Origin: Clostridia bacterium
GTDB taxonomy: Bacteria; Bacillota; Clostridia; Monoglobales; Firm-18
NCBI GenBank assembly: GCA_045654805.1
Contig: JAZOOD010000027.1
Coordinates: 1,719 to 65,718, forward strand
Direction: 5' to 3'
DNA: 64,000 bases
Shown: one piece after another, positions 1 through 7,090 of the stretch
How the letters are laid out: the number at the start of each line of letters is the position of its first letter
How positions within the stretch are numbered: position 1 is the stretch's first letter
The notes under the pieces: generated by a model
Database searches by the model: none
Seen by the model: only the letters and a program-made list of their open reading frames with translations
What the model was told of the DNA's origin: nothing
Position numbers and translations under genes: made by a program

Positions 1-322
1 CCTGTTCGGCGGATAACTCAGATAATGTTATTTTATCAAGCACTGCAGATAATAGTTGTGGCTCGATTGGTTGTGTTTCATCTATAGCAACATCATCATT
101 TATCTCGTGATAGCATAAGTCTTCGCGGGGTATTTTAAATTCACGCAGAATCTTTCGAGAAAAAGCTTCCGCTTTTGTCTTGTTGCCCTTTACCGGAAGT
201 TTGGTCGCAAACCATTTCTCTTTTCGTTCACCTCTGACATTCGTATAAACCATTACCGCATAATATAAACCGTTCTTTTGCCTGATATAGTTTTTGACAT
301 CAATATACTGTTCTTTTTCCAT
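1..322 (-). CDS. tyrosine site-specific integrase, N-terminal part (CDS runs off the left edge)
   Basis: Absent from the ORF track because it is open at the edge. ATG at 322-320 follows a GAGGTG SD. Translation is MEKEQYIDVKNYIRQKNGLYYAVMVYTNVRGERKEKWFATKLPVKGNKTKAEAFSRKILREF..., the AP2-like arm-binding N-domain pattern of phage/ICE integrases. Confidence 0.7.
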   Translation of the reverse strand, partial: MEKEQYIDVKNYIRQKNGLYYAVMVYTNVRGERKEKWFATKLPVKGNKTKAEAFSRKILREFKIPREDLCYHEINDDVAIDETQPIEPQLLSAVLDKITLSELSAEQ

Positions 323-400
323 TTATTTTCACCTCTGTAATATCATCTCCTAATCAGGTAAATTCTATCGCACGATTAGCTATATTATATCACTACATAA

Positions 401-429
401 GAAAAAGAAGCATTGCAAGCAATGCTTCT
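401..429 (-). terminator. intrinsic terminator after the HExxH gene
   Basis: 10-bp stem AGAAGCATTG/CAATGCTTCT with a 4-nt loop, followed on the minus strand by TTTTTC. Confidence 0.6.
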
Positions 430-482
430 TTCAAACATCAAAAAAGCCAACACATTATTTTCATTCAACCAAATATGATATT

Positions 483-1124
483 TTAGTCCATGCTAATCAA
501 ATCTTGCTCATCGTATCCCAAAGCATTTCTTACAATTTTTAAAGATTCTAAAAAATGATCTTTTGCGTAATCGTCAGCAAATTTTTCGGATGGAAACTGA
601 GAATATATTTCTTCATTATATTTTTCTCCAAGAATTCGCTTCATAGGATCTAAATCATGCATTTTATAAATTTCTTCCCACACCTTTTCATATGGTTGTC
701 GAATACTTTTCTCCATTTCACAATACTCATACGATGTTTTGCCACTATTCAAAAAATATATCCAATGACCATATTCGTGTAGTATAGTATAAATTGCTAT
801 CGCCAAAGAATATTCTTTTATATATACTCTAGTTATACAACTTAATTCATCTATGTGACTTTTTATAGCCATAGGATTTCTCCCATTTTCCAGATGTAAA
901 TATTCATCAATATCTACATCTGGAAAATACAACCCCAAATCTTCATCATTATACTTTTTATCAGGATTGTGTGTACCGTCAATTACTGCCCTTGTTTCTT
1001 CTTCGCCCATAATCTTACACAAAACATAATTGTGTTTATTTAAATTATCTCTTGGTGTAAGGTGAACAGGAGCATCTATATTTAAAATTCCTATAAGTTT
1101 TCTAAAATCTATACATAAATCCAT
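483..1124 (-). CDS. putative zinc metallopeptidase (HExxH), family not recognised
   Basis: 213-aa ORF with an AGGAGG SD. Contains the HEYGH motif with Glu residues about 20 aa downstream (gluzincin-like). Its position upstream of int on the same strand recalls ImmA-type proteases. Confidence 0.45.
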   Translation of the reverse strand: MDLCIDFRKLIGILNIDAPVHLTPRDNLNKHNYVLCKIMGEEETRAVIDGTHNPDKKYNDEDLGLYFPDVDIDEYLHLENGRNPMAIKSHIDELSCITRVYIKEYSLAIAIYTILHEYGHWIYFLNSGKTSYEYCEMEKSIRQPYEKVWEEIYKMHDLDPMKRILGEKYNEEIYSQFPSEKFADDYAKDHFLESLKIVRNALGYDEQDLISMD

Positions 1125-1355
1125 TTCAAGTATTTTCCTCCTTTGTATAGTTCTTTATAATAAAACTTTTGTTATCTGCATCAATTTCGGCCATTTAATT
1201 GTCAAAAGTAAATCAACATTAATGGTTCTTATAATTATACCACAATTCATTTAATAATACAATTGGTATAGTAAACGAAAAACCATATGTCGTTTTTGTA
1301 AAGTGCAATACATTTTGTTATAAACACGAAAAGCACAGGATAAGCTACACACCCG

Positions 1356-1517
1356 ATGTTTACTATATTTTTTAGAATAAATAGTCGCCATTTTCATTTA
1401 CTCAAACAGTTGCACCTCGGTGGTCCAGACGGTGAACTTGGTGCATCATTAAGATATTTATCACAGAGATTTTCTATGCCAACAGATATGGCTAAGGGCA
1501 CACTTACTGATATCGGT
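1356..1517 (+). pseudogene. cotJC: manganese catalase / CotJC-family gene, 5' segment of an interrupted gene
   Basis: The frame from ATG 1356 reads ...LHLGGPDGELGASLRYLSQRFSMPTDMAKGTLTDIG, then leaves family homology at 1518 (VSVPK-stop). This matches the CotJC N-terminal region up to the residue just before the TEExxH motif. Confidence 0.8.
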
Positions 1518-1525
1518 GTATCAGT
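1506..1525. repeat. attL dyad ACTGATA-N6-TATCAGT centred on the GG shared with attR
   Basis: Perfect 7-bp inverted repeat. Its centre (1515-1516) lies within the GGT trinucleotide that is common to both junctions. Confidence 0.55.
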
Positions 1526-1548
1526 GCCTAAATAGCACCTTTATACAT

Positions 1549-1590
1549 AAATGGGCAAAACCTACTGATTATCAGTAAGTCTGCCCATTT
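1549..1590. repeat. nested palindrome between attL and the recombinase stop codon
   Basis: The outer arms AAATGGGCA/TGCCCATTT enclose TACTGAT-T-ATCAGTA, which reuses the ACTGAT half-site seen at attL. Confidence 0.5.
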
Positions 1591-1593
1591 CTC

Positions 1594-3333
1594 TTATAAT
1601 ATCTTACAATCTAAAATCTCAGTTCTATACCCATCTAATTTGCCTTTTGACTTATATTCAACCATAAATCTGAATGGTAAGTCTTTAATTCTGACCTCTA
1701 CTATATGCCCTTTATATACTGTTATACTATGTGTCATAGCACCAAGCAAAGCATCCATATTATCATTTTCAAAAGACAAAGCATTATCTATCTCTGCAAT
1801 AATGTTATCAATCTGATTAACTTGATTTTCTTTTTCTTGTCTTTCTTGTTCTATTCTTTCTTTTGTTACAAAGAGTTCTGAAAGCTCCTTATCTAATTTT
1901 TCTTTCTGCTCTACAAACTCTGTTTTTGTAATTTCATCAGCAAGTCTGATTTCAATGAGTTTTTGTTTTCTTTTCTCAACACTTTGAATTTTCTTTTCAA
2001 AATAATCAGTATTTAACCCATTACTTTTCTTATCTAAAGTCTTAATATCTTCTAATATCTCTTTTTTAAGCATTTCCTTGTTGTCTGCCAATATGTTCAG
2101 TATGTATAAAACAATCTGCCTTAAACTTTTGTCACTTGCCCATTCTGATTGCAAACATTCCTTTGTCCTGTCAGCAGTAGCCTTTGTATGATTATAGCAA
2201 GTCCAAGCCTTTGTCCTACCAACTGATGTTTTTTTCTGCTTACTTACAAATCTTTCTCCACACTCTCCACAGTATATCTTGCCACTTGCCCAATATCGAT
2301 TGCTATGCCTTGACTTTTGCTCTTCTGAAGGGCTACGCCTTGCAAGTTCTTTTTGTGTGGCATCCCACATATCTCTGTCTATTATAGCTATCTCTGGATG
2401 GTGGTCTTTAATATATACCATATCTTCTACATTGTGATTATATCTCTTTTTATGGTCAAGAAAGTCTGGTGTATAGGTTTTGCCTTGTAGCAAATCCCCA
2501 ACGTATTTTTCATTTCTCAATATTCTTAAAATTACTGTGTTTGACCAATCATTCTTATACTTTGCTTTACCATCTGGATTCAAAGGTCTGATACCTTCTT
2601 CTTGCAGTTCTCTTGCTATCACATAAGTACCCTTGCTCTCAATCAGATACTTATAGAAAATCTTTCTGACAATCTCTGCTTCTTCTTCAACCAAGTAAAG
2701 CTTGCCACCTTTAACCCTATATCCAAGCATATCCCTACCAAATACAACCCCTTTTTCCATCTGACGCCTTTGACCCCATTTCACACGTTCAGAGGTCTTT
2801 CTGCTCTCATCTTGTGCCAAGGATGCCATAAGGGTTAAGCGCAATTCTCCATCTTTGTCAAGAGTGTTGATGGCATCTAACACAAAGTAAACCCCAACAC
2901 CTAACTTTTTTAATAACCTTGTAATTTGCAAAGTATCAACTGTATTTCTTGCAAATCTTGAAACTTCTTTTGTGATGATAAAATCAATTTTACCAGACAA
3001 AACATCATCAAGCATTGAATTGAAACCAACACGATTTTCAGTTGTTGTACCTGTCAAACCATCATCAGAATAAACCTTAACTAATTCCCAATCATTTTGA
3101 TTGTTGATAAAATCTGTAAAAAATTTTACCTGACTTTCAAATGAGTTGGCTTGGTCATCCTTATCTGTGCTAACTCTTGCATAAGCAGCCACTCTAATTG
3201 TATCAGCCAAAACATTTCTAACACTATTTAACCCATTAATAATATTGACATTATCAATCACAGCACTACTACCATTAACAACATTTAAAATATTACTACC
3301 ATTACTACCAATTAAATTACTAAAATTCTTCAT
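1594..3333 (-). CDS. large serine recombinase (SpoIVCA/TnpX-like)
   Basis: 579 aa. Resolvase catalytic domain (YARVSTDKDDQ...SRFARN), recombinase domain, zinc ribbon (CGECG...WTCYNH) and a C-terminal coiled coil. AGAGG SD precedes the ATG. Confidence 0.9.
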   Translation of the reverse strand: MKNFSNLIGSNGSNILNVVNGSSAVIDNVNIINGLNSVRNVLADTIRVAAYARVSTDKDDQANSFESQVKFFTDFINNQNDWELVKVYSDDGLTGTTTENRVGFNSMLDDVLSGKIDFIITKEVSRFARNTVDTLQITRLLKKLGVGVYFVLDAINTLDKDGELRLTLMASLAQDESRKTSERVKWGQRRQMEKGVVFGRDMLGYRVKGGKLYLVEEEAEIVRKIFYKYLIESKGTYVIARELQEEGIRPLNPDGKAKYKNDWSNTVILRILRNEKYVGDLLQGKTYTPDFLDHKKRYNHNVEDMVYIKDHHPEIAIIDRDMWDATQKELARRSPSEEQKSRHSNRYWASGKIYCGECGERFVSKQKKTSVGRTKAWTCYNHTKATADRTKECLQSEWASDKSLRQIVLYILNILADNKEMLKKEILEDIKTLDKKSNGLNTDYFEKKIQSVEKRKQKLIEIRLADEITKTEFVEQKEKLDKELSELFVTKERIEQERQEKENQVNQIDNIIAEIDNALSFENDNMDALLGAMTHSITVYKGHIVEVRIKDLPFRFMVEYKSKGKLDGYRTEILDCKIL

Positions 3334-3382
3334 AAACTTTTTACCTCTCTAAACTATAAATTTTATCTTTTTGTATTTGGAA

Positions 3383-3402
3383 TGGTCACATTATAGCGTG
3401 AC
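3383..3402 (-). promoter_or_regulatory. palindrome GGTCAC-N8-GTGACC bracketing a TATAAT box upstream of the recombinase gene
   Basis: The minus strand reads GGTCACgcTATAATGTGACC, 50-70 nt upstream of the ATG at 3333. The -35 element is weak. Confidence 0.35.
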
Positions 3403-3421
3403 CACTCCACAATTGCAGCCC

Positions 3422-3646
3422 CTAATTTAAAAATTTAGGCGCTTTATCTAACAAATCTTTTAACTGCATATCAGAAATTAAATCTTTTTCTTTCAAATCC
3501 CTAAAAATAGCAGCCTTAAGATTATAATGTAAATTCTCTTTCTCTTTATCAGAAAGAATAACATTTACCTTATCTTTGCCAATAGACATAATAACACCAC
3601 CATTAGATGTATATGCACTACCAGCTTGACCTAATGCTCTACTCAT
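3422..3646 (-). CDS. hypothetical 74-aa protein (candidate recombination directionality factor)
   Basis: Strong GGGGGTG SD. Small charged helical C-terminus (LKEKDLISDMQLKDLLDK). Sits between the two recombinase genes. Confidence 0.5.
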   Translation of the reverse strand: MSRALGQAGSAYTSNGGVIMSIGKDKVNVILSDKEKENLHYNLKAAIFRDLKEKDLISDMQLKDLLDKAPKFLN

Positions 3647-3762
3647 TTAAGCACCCCCTGACTTGTCTTGATACTATAAATAAGTGAGCAGTGGTCATTT
3701 ATGTTAAAAAAACTGAAAAAAGCATATTTTTTTGAATTTTAGTAAAATTTCTTTAATTTATG

Positions 3763-4347
3763 TTATATTTTTTTCACCAACTGTCTTTTCTTTTCTCTTT
3801 GTAGTGTACTCTTCGATATACCTGTCATCGCTGAAACCTGTTTATATGAATGATTTTCCAACAACTGCATAGCCAGACTTAATTGTGTCTTGCTATATTT
3901 CTTTGGTCTGCCTTCTATGTAACTATCCTTTTGTCTTGCCAATTCTCTGCCTGCTTTGGTGCGTTCTACAATCATATTTCTTTCAAATTCTGCAAAAGAC
4001 AATAAGATTGTATATGTCAATCTGCCAACAGGTGTATTATCTATAACACCTAAATTGAGTATATCTATCTTAACACCTTTATCCATCAAATGCTCTATGA
4101 TGTCTAATCCTTCTCTCACATTGCGGCAAAACCTATCCATTTTGCACACAATCAGAACATCTCCACTTACTAATCTATCTACCAACTCATTAAATACAAA
4201 TCTATTATTGAAATCTTTTGCAGCAGTATAAACTTCTCTGTGTATCTCTGCTGAAGGATATTTTTCTAATATAGTCTGTTCTTGCTCTGCCAGAGAATTA
4301 TTTTCAGCCTGACCTTTGCTTGACACACGAACATATCCGTATTCCAT
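3763..4347 (-). CDS. small serine recombinase (resolvase/invertase family)
   Basis: MEYGYVRVSSKGQ catalytic motif and a C-terminal HTH (SYKQVSAMTGISKSTLQR). Start moved to ATG 4347, which sits behind an AGGTG SD. Confidence 0.88.
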   Translation of the reverse strand: MEYGYVRVSSKGQAENNSLAEQEQTILEKYPSAEIHREVYTAAKDFNNRFVFNELVDRLVSGDVLIVCKMDRFCRNVREGLDIIEHLMDKGVKIDILNLGVIDNTPVGRLTYTILLSFAEFERNMIVERTKAGRELARQKDSYIEGRPKKYSKTQLSLAMQLLENHSYKQVSAMTGISKSTLQREKKRQLVKKI

Positions 4348-4364
4348 ATCTAACACCTGCCTTA

Positions 4365-4426
4365 TGAATATATATAATGAATACCCACAAGCCTACAAGT
4401 TACCTGAATAGGCAAAGTGTATTCAT
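4365..4426. repeat. cluster of TGAATA half-sites directly upstream of the small recombinase gene
   Basis: TGAATA at 4365, 4378 and 4405, and inverted TATTCA at 4420. ATGAATAC (4377-4384) is the exact reverse complement of GTATTCAT (4419-4426). Confidence 0.35.
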
Positions 4427-4818
4427 AACTTAAAATATATGAACCATCTTTTGACGCTCTCACACGTCAATTTTTATGTAAATTTATAAAAACCTTGTCA
4501 TCTCAACACAAAACCACGATAAAAATTTTCAAATTACAAAACGCCGTCATTTCAGCCTTTTGTTGATGTCAAAATTAAATTATTGTTGATTTCTTTAATC
4601 TTAATTTTTTACGACCACTATTTAATGGTATAAGATAAATAAGACTTAAATAATCTGCAAATTTTTACATTTCACTCCCGAACTAAAACCAACACTTTTG
4701 ACACTTTTTATATCTGATGACTAAAAATTTAAAAATCAGCCTGCTGAAAAACCAATAAATTTTATGCTGGTTGAAAAAATATCATAAAATTTCCAACGCT
4801 TTTAAACAAACACTTTGC

Positions 4819-5313
4819 TTACATGACGACGCAATCAAGTCCATCAGAGAATACCATATCTTTTATTAACTCTGTATCAATCATATAATACCTTATCAAC
4901 CTGTCTGCAACCGATAAATCTTCCGCATCATCTACACCCATATAGATACTTTCTGTAGTACGATATATAACCTTACACCCAACAAGCATACAACACCCAA
5001 AGTTTAAATTTTGATTATATCTGTTCAATCTTTCAAGTGTCTGGGCTTTCTTCTTTATAAATGCTCTTGTACCAATGTTCCAGAGGTCTGCCTCTAATAC
5101 AAGCCTTTGATTTGCTCTGTCAACAACAATCTCAAATTCTTCATCATCTTTAATTGCTCTGACCATACCATTTTCTGCATCTGCTACGCTATACAACCCT
5201 AATAAGTCAAGAACTCTCCTGATAAAAACCGCTACCGTTGTAAACTTAAAACCAATATCTTTATAATTCTTATTTTTCTTAACTATCTTTTTGAAACTAC
5301 TACTATGTAACAT
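4819..5313 (-). CDS. hypothetical protein, YbjN / T3SS-chaperone-like pattern
   Basis: 164 aa with a GGGGGT SD. The alternating beta/helix pattern (FEIVVDRANQRLVLEADL...LERLNRYNQNLNFGC) resembles the YbjN family. This is a similarity judgement only. Confidence 0.4.
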   Translation of the reverse strand: MLHSSSFKKIVKKNKNYKDIGFKFTTVAVFIRRVLDLLGLYSVADAENGMVRAIKDDEEFEIVVDRANQRLVLEADLWNIGTRAFIKKKAQTLERLNRYNQNLNFGCCMLVGCKVIYRTTESIYMGVDDAEDLSVADRLIRYYMIDTELIKDMVFSDGLDCVVM

Positions 5314-5347
5314 AATCTGTTACCCCCTTATAAAAATATTTCTGCAC

Positions 5348-5379
5348 AAAAAAAGTGCCGTTACCGTTTGTAACGACAC
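5348..5379 (-). terminator. intrinsic terminator after the lipoprotein genes
   Basis: Minus strand reads GTGTCGTTAC-AAACG-GTAACGGCAC (10-bp stem including one G-U pair) followed by TTTTTTT. Confidence 0.65.
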
Positions 5380-5628
5380 ATAAAGTCTTTTATGACCTTT
5401 GCTCTATTCATTATTTAATCTCTTTAGCATCCACCAAAGAAAACCACCGCCACCGCCACCAACTTAAATAAATAATTCAAGCCGTGCCGTTGCACTCATT
5501 ACCAAAATTACAAGCAAATCACATACTCATATAACTTACTCTTATATAATTATAACTCTTCCTGATACTATAGTCAATGCCCATGAACAAAATATTTTTT
5601 TCATCACGAACACAAAAATTAATCTGTA

Positions 5629-5955
5629 TTATTTTTTACACATAATAACATAATTATCATATCTAACTAATTCAATCATTTCATCGCTTTCAATAATAGT
5701 ATAATCTGCCTGTGTATCTTCATATTTTAACGAAATTACATCTCCGTCGATTTCCCACTCAAACTCACTTTTTGCACTACCTAACATATGAAATCCTGTT
5801 CCATCCTTTTCAAAATCATATATAACAACCTTATCTGCAAAGTAATCACAAGTCCATTTTCTCTCAACTAAATAATCTTCAAAATTCTTTCCGCAACCTG
5901 ATAACAACATTATCAAAGCCATTACAATAATACCAACGTTAAAAAACTTTTTCAT
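5629..5955 (-). CDS. small lipoprotein (lipocalin-like pattern)
   Basis: Signal peptide with the lipobox LLSGC. AAGGAGAA SD. Confidence 0.7.
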   Translation of the reverse strand: MKKFFNVGIIVMALIMLLSGCGKNFEDYLVERKWTCDYFADKVVIYDFEKDGTGFHMLGSAKSEFEWEIDGDVISLKYEDTQADYTIIESDEMIELVRYDNYVIMCKK

Positions 5956-5992
5956 AATTCTGTTCTCCTTTTCATTTGTAACTTTTTATAAT

Positions 5993-6823
5993 TTACATAA
6001 CAACATCTGTAAATGCAAGTGTATATGTTCCAGGTGCAAGTTTACTTGTATTAGTTATATATATGCTTTCAGAAAATTTTTCATTAAGATTAATGTTATG
6101 CTTTGTAATCATTCCTGACCCCACAACAACATTAGAACTATCATATAACTTCCAATTCATAGTGCAGTTCATAGATGCACCACCTTTAAAATCAAAGGTT
6201 TTTTCACAAAGCAAATCAAGAGTAATCTTTTCAGATGTAACATTTACTTTTGCTTCTCTTATTGTACAGGTAGAATATTTATCGCCTCTGCTGCCTATCC
6301 AATGTACATCTTGTGGCAAGTTGTTTTTTAAAACAACTGATATATTTGGCTTATTCTCTTTAGTGGTTGATGCTTGTGTTTCATCTGTTTTCTTTTCAAC
6401 CACATTAACTTTACATCTGTTAGTTGTTGATTTCTCATCTATTCCAATTTCAACAAAGATATAAGTTGTTCCAAGTGCTACCGCTTGAAACGTTTCAAAG
6501 CCTGGCTCATCAGTGTTAATTAGTCCTTTGTTAGGGTCCCAATCTCCGCCATATCTTAATATACGGGTATCACTTGTTTCTCTTTCACCATTCTCTTTTT
6601 GATAATAAAAAAGTGGTCTTTCTTTGTCCTTTGGAGAGTATTCAATTTGAAATTCTTCACCTAATTCAACAGTTATTTCTTCAGGTGATATTACCCAATT
6701 TATAATCTCGTCAGGTTTAGGTTCATTAGAAACATTTGTACTTTCTGTATTACTACAAGAAATAAGTGTTAATGAAATAAGCAAACATAAGCATACTGTT
6801 ATTAATTTTTTTGTGTTTTTCAT
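5993..6823 (-). CDS. lipoprotein, unknown function
   Basis: Signal peptide with the lipobox LISCS. 276 aa, beta-rich. GGAG SD. Confidence 0.7.
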   Translation of the reverse strand: MKNTKKLITVCLCLLISLTLISCSNTESTNVSNEPKPDEIINWVISPEEITVELGEEFQIEYSPKDKERPLFYYQKENGERETSDTRILRYGGDWDPNKGLINTDEPGFETFQAVALGTTYIFVEIGIDEKSTTNRCKVNVVEKKTDETQASTTKENKPNISVVLKNNLPQDVHWIGSRGDKYSTCTIREAKVNVTSEKITLDLLCEKTFDFKGGASMNCTMNWKLYDSSNVVVGSGMITKHNINLNEKFSESIYITNTSKLAPGTYTLAFTDVVM

Positions 6824-6841
6824 AGTAATTCTCCTTGTATT

Positions 6842-6869
6842 AAAAAATGCGTGGGCAAATGCCCACGCA
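6842..6869 (-). terminator. leader terminator (attenuator) 19 nt upstream of the lipoprotein ATG
   Basis: Minus strand reads UGCGUGGGC-AUUU-GCCCACGCA followed by UUUUUU. It lies just before the SD at 6834-6831. Confidence 0.6.
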
Positions 6870-6894
6870 CGAAAAACGAGGCAATGCTCCTGTT

Positions 6895-7000
6895 GTCACG
6901 CAGTTCACTATTCCTACATCGTATGGAAAATGATAAGCAAGCCTGCGTTTTTACCAACGCAAGCCACACGATATAAGAATAACATATTAAACTACGTGAC
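6895..7000 (-). promoter_or_regulatory. structured 5' leader (riboswitch-like, class unknown)
   Basis: Three nested helices on the minus-strand RNA. P1 pairs 7000-6991 with 6904-6895 (10 bp). P2 pairs 6972-6964 with 6926-6918 (9 bp). P3 pairs 6963-6956 with 6949-6942 (8 bp). Each helix contains a G-U pair that would be an A-C mismatch on the other strand. Confidence 0.45.
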
Positions 7001-7006
7001 TAATAC

Positions 7007-7035
7007 ATTTTAACATAAAATTTATCTCTTTTCAA
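7007..7035 (-). promoter_or_regulatory. sigma-A type promoter for the leader and lipoprotein operon
   Basis: TTGAAA, 17 nt spacer, TAAAAT on the minus strand. Confidence 0.6.
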
Positions 7036-7060
7036 TACTTTTACAAATATTTACCTGATT

Positions 7061-7090
7061 AAACAAAAAATAACCGTATTGACTACGGCT
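7061..7090 (-). terminator. intrinsic terminator with no associated ORF
   Basis: Minus strand reads AGCCGUA-GUCAA-UACGGUU followed by AUUUUUUGUUU. Confidence 0.4.

Noticed and set aside
1125-1355. Imperfect inverted repeat TATACCACAATT...AATTGGTATA and hairpin AAACGA...TCGTTT as the attachment site of the tyrosine-integrase element.
   Set aside because: The matching copy would lie outside the window, so this cannot be evaluated. These could equally be promoter or operator elements.
1274-1375. Alternative upstream frame reading ...YKHEKHRISYTPDVYYIF-stop, as a frameshifted original CotJC N-terminus (compare YEKKLQYPV).
   Set aside because: The similarity is weak, the frame has no start codon, and it needs an indel in the T-run at 1367-1373. 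It cannot be separated from chance without homologues.
4504-4550. 15-codon hydrophobic minus-strand ORF (MTAFCNLKIFIVVLC) in the ORF-free tract.
   Set aside because: It is too short, has only a marginal SD (AAAGG), and no supporting structure.
4374-5414. 10-bp inverted match (ATAATGAATA at 4374-4383 and TATTCATTAT at 5405-5414) flanking the YbjN-like gene, as possible invertase sites for an invertible segment.
   Set aside because: A 10-bp AT-only match about 1 kb apart in DNA this AT-rich is expected by chance. The flanks show no extended symmetry.
6895-7000. Assignment of the structured leader to c-di-GMP-I (it starts GUCACG... and contains ACGCAGGC) or another known riboswitch class.
   Set aside because: The GEMM-I hallmarks as I recall them (GGCAAA, GACGCAAAGCC, a tetraloop plus receptor) are absent, as are the signature motifs of other classes. 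The resemblance is superficial, so it is left unclassified.
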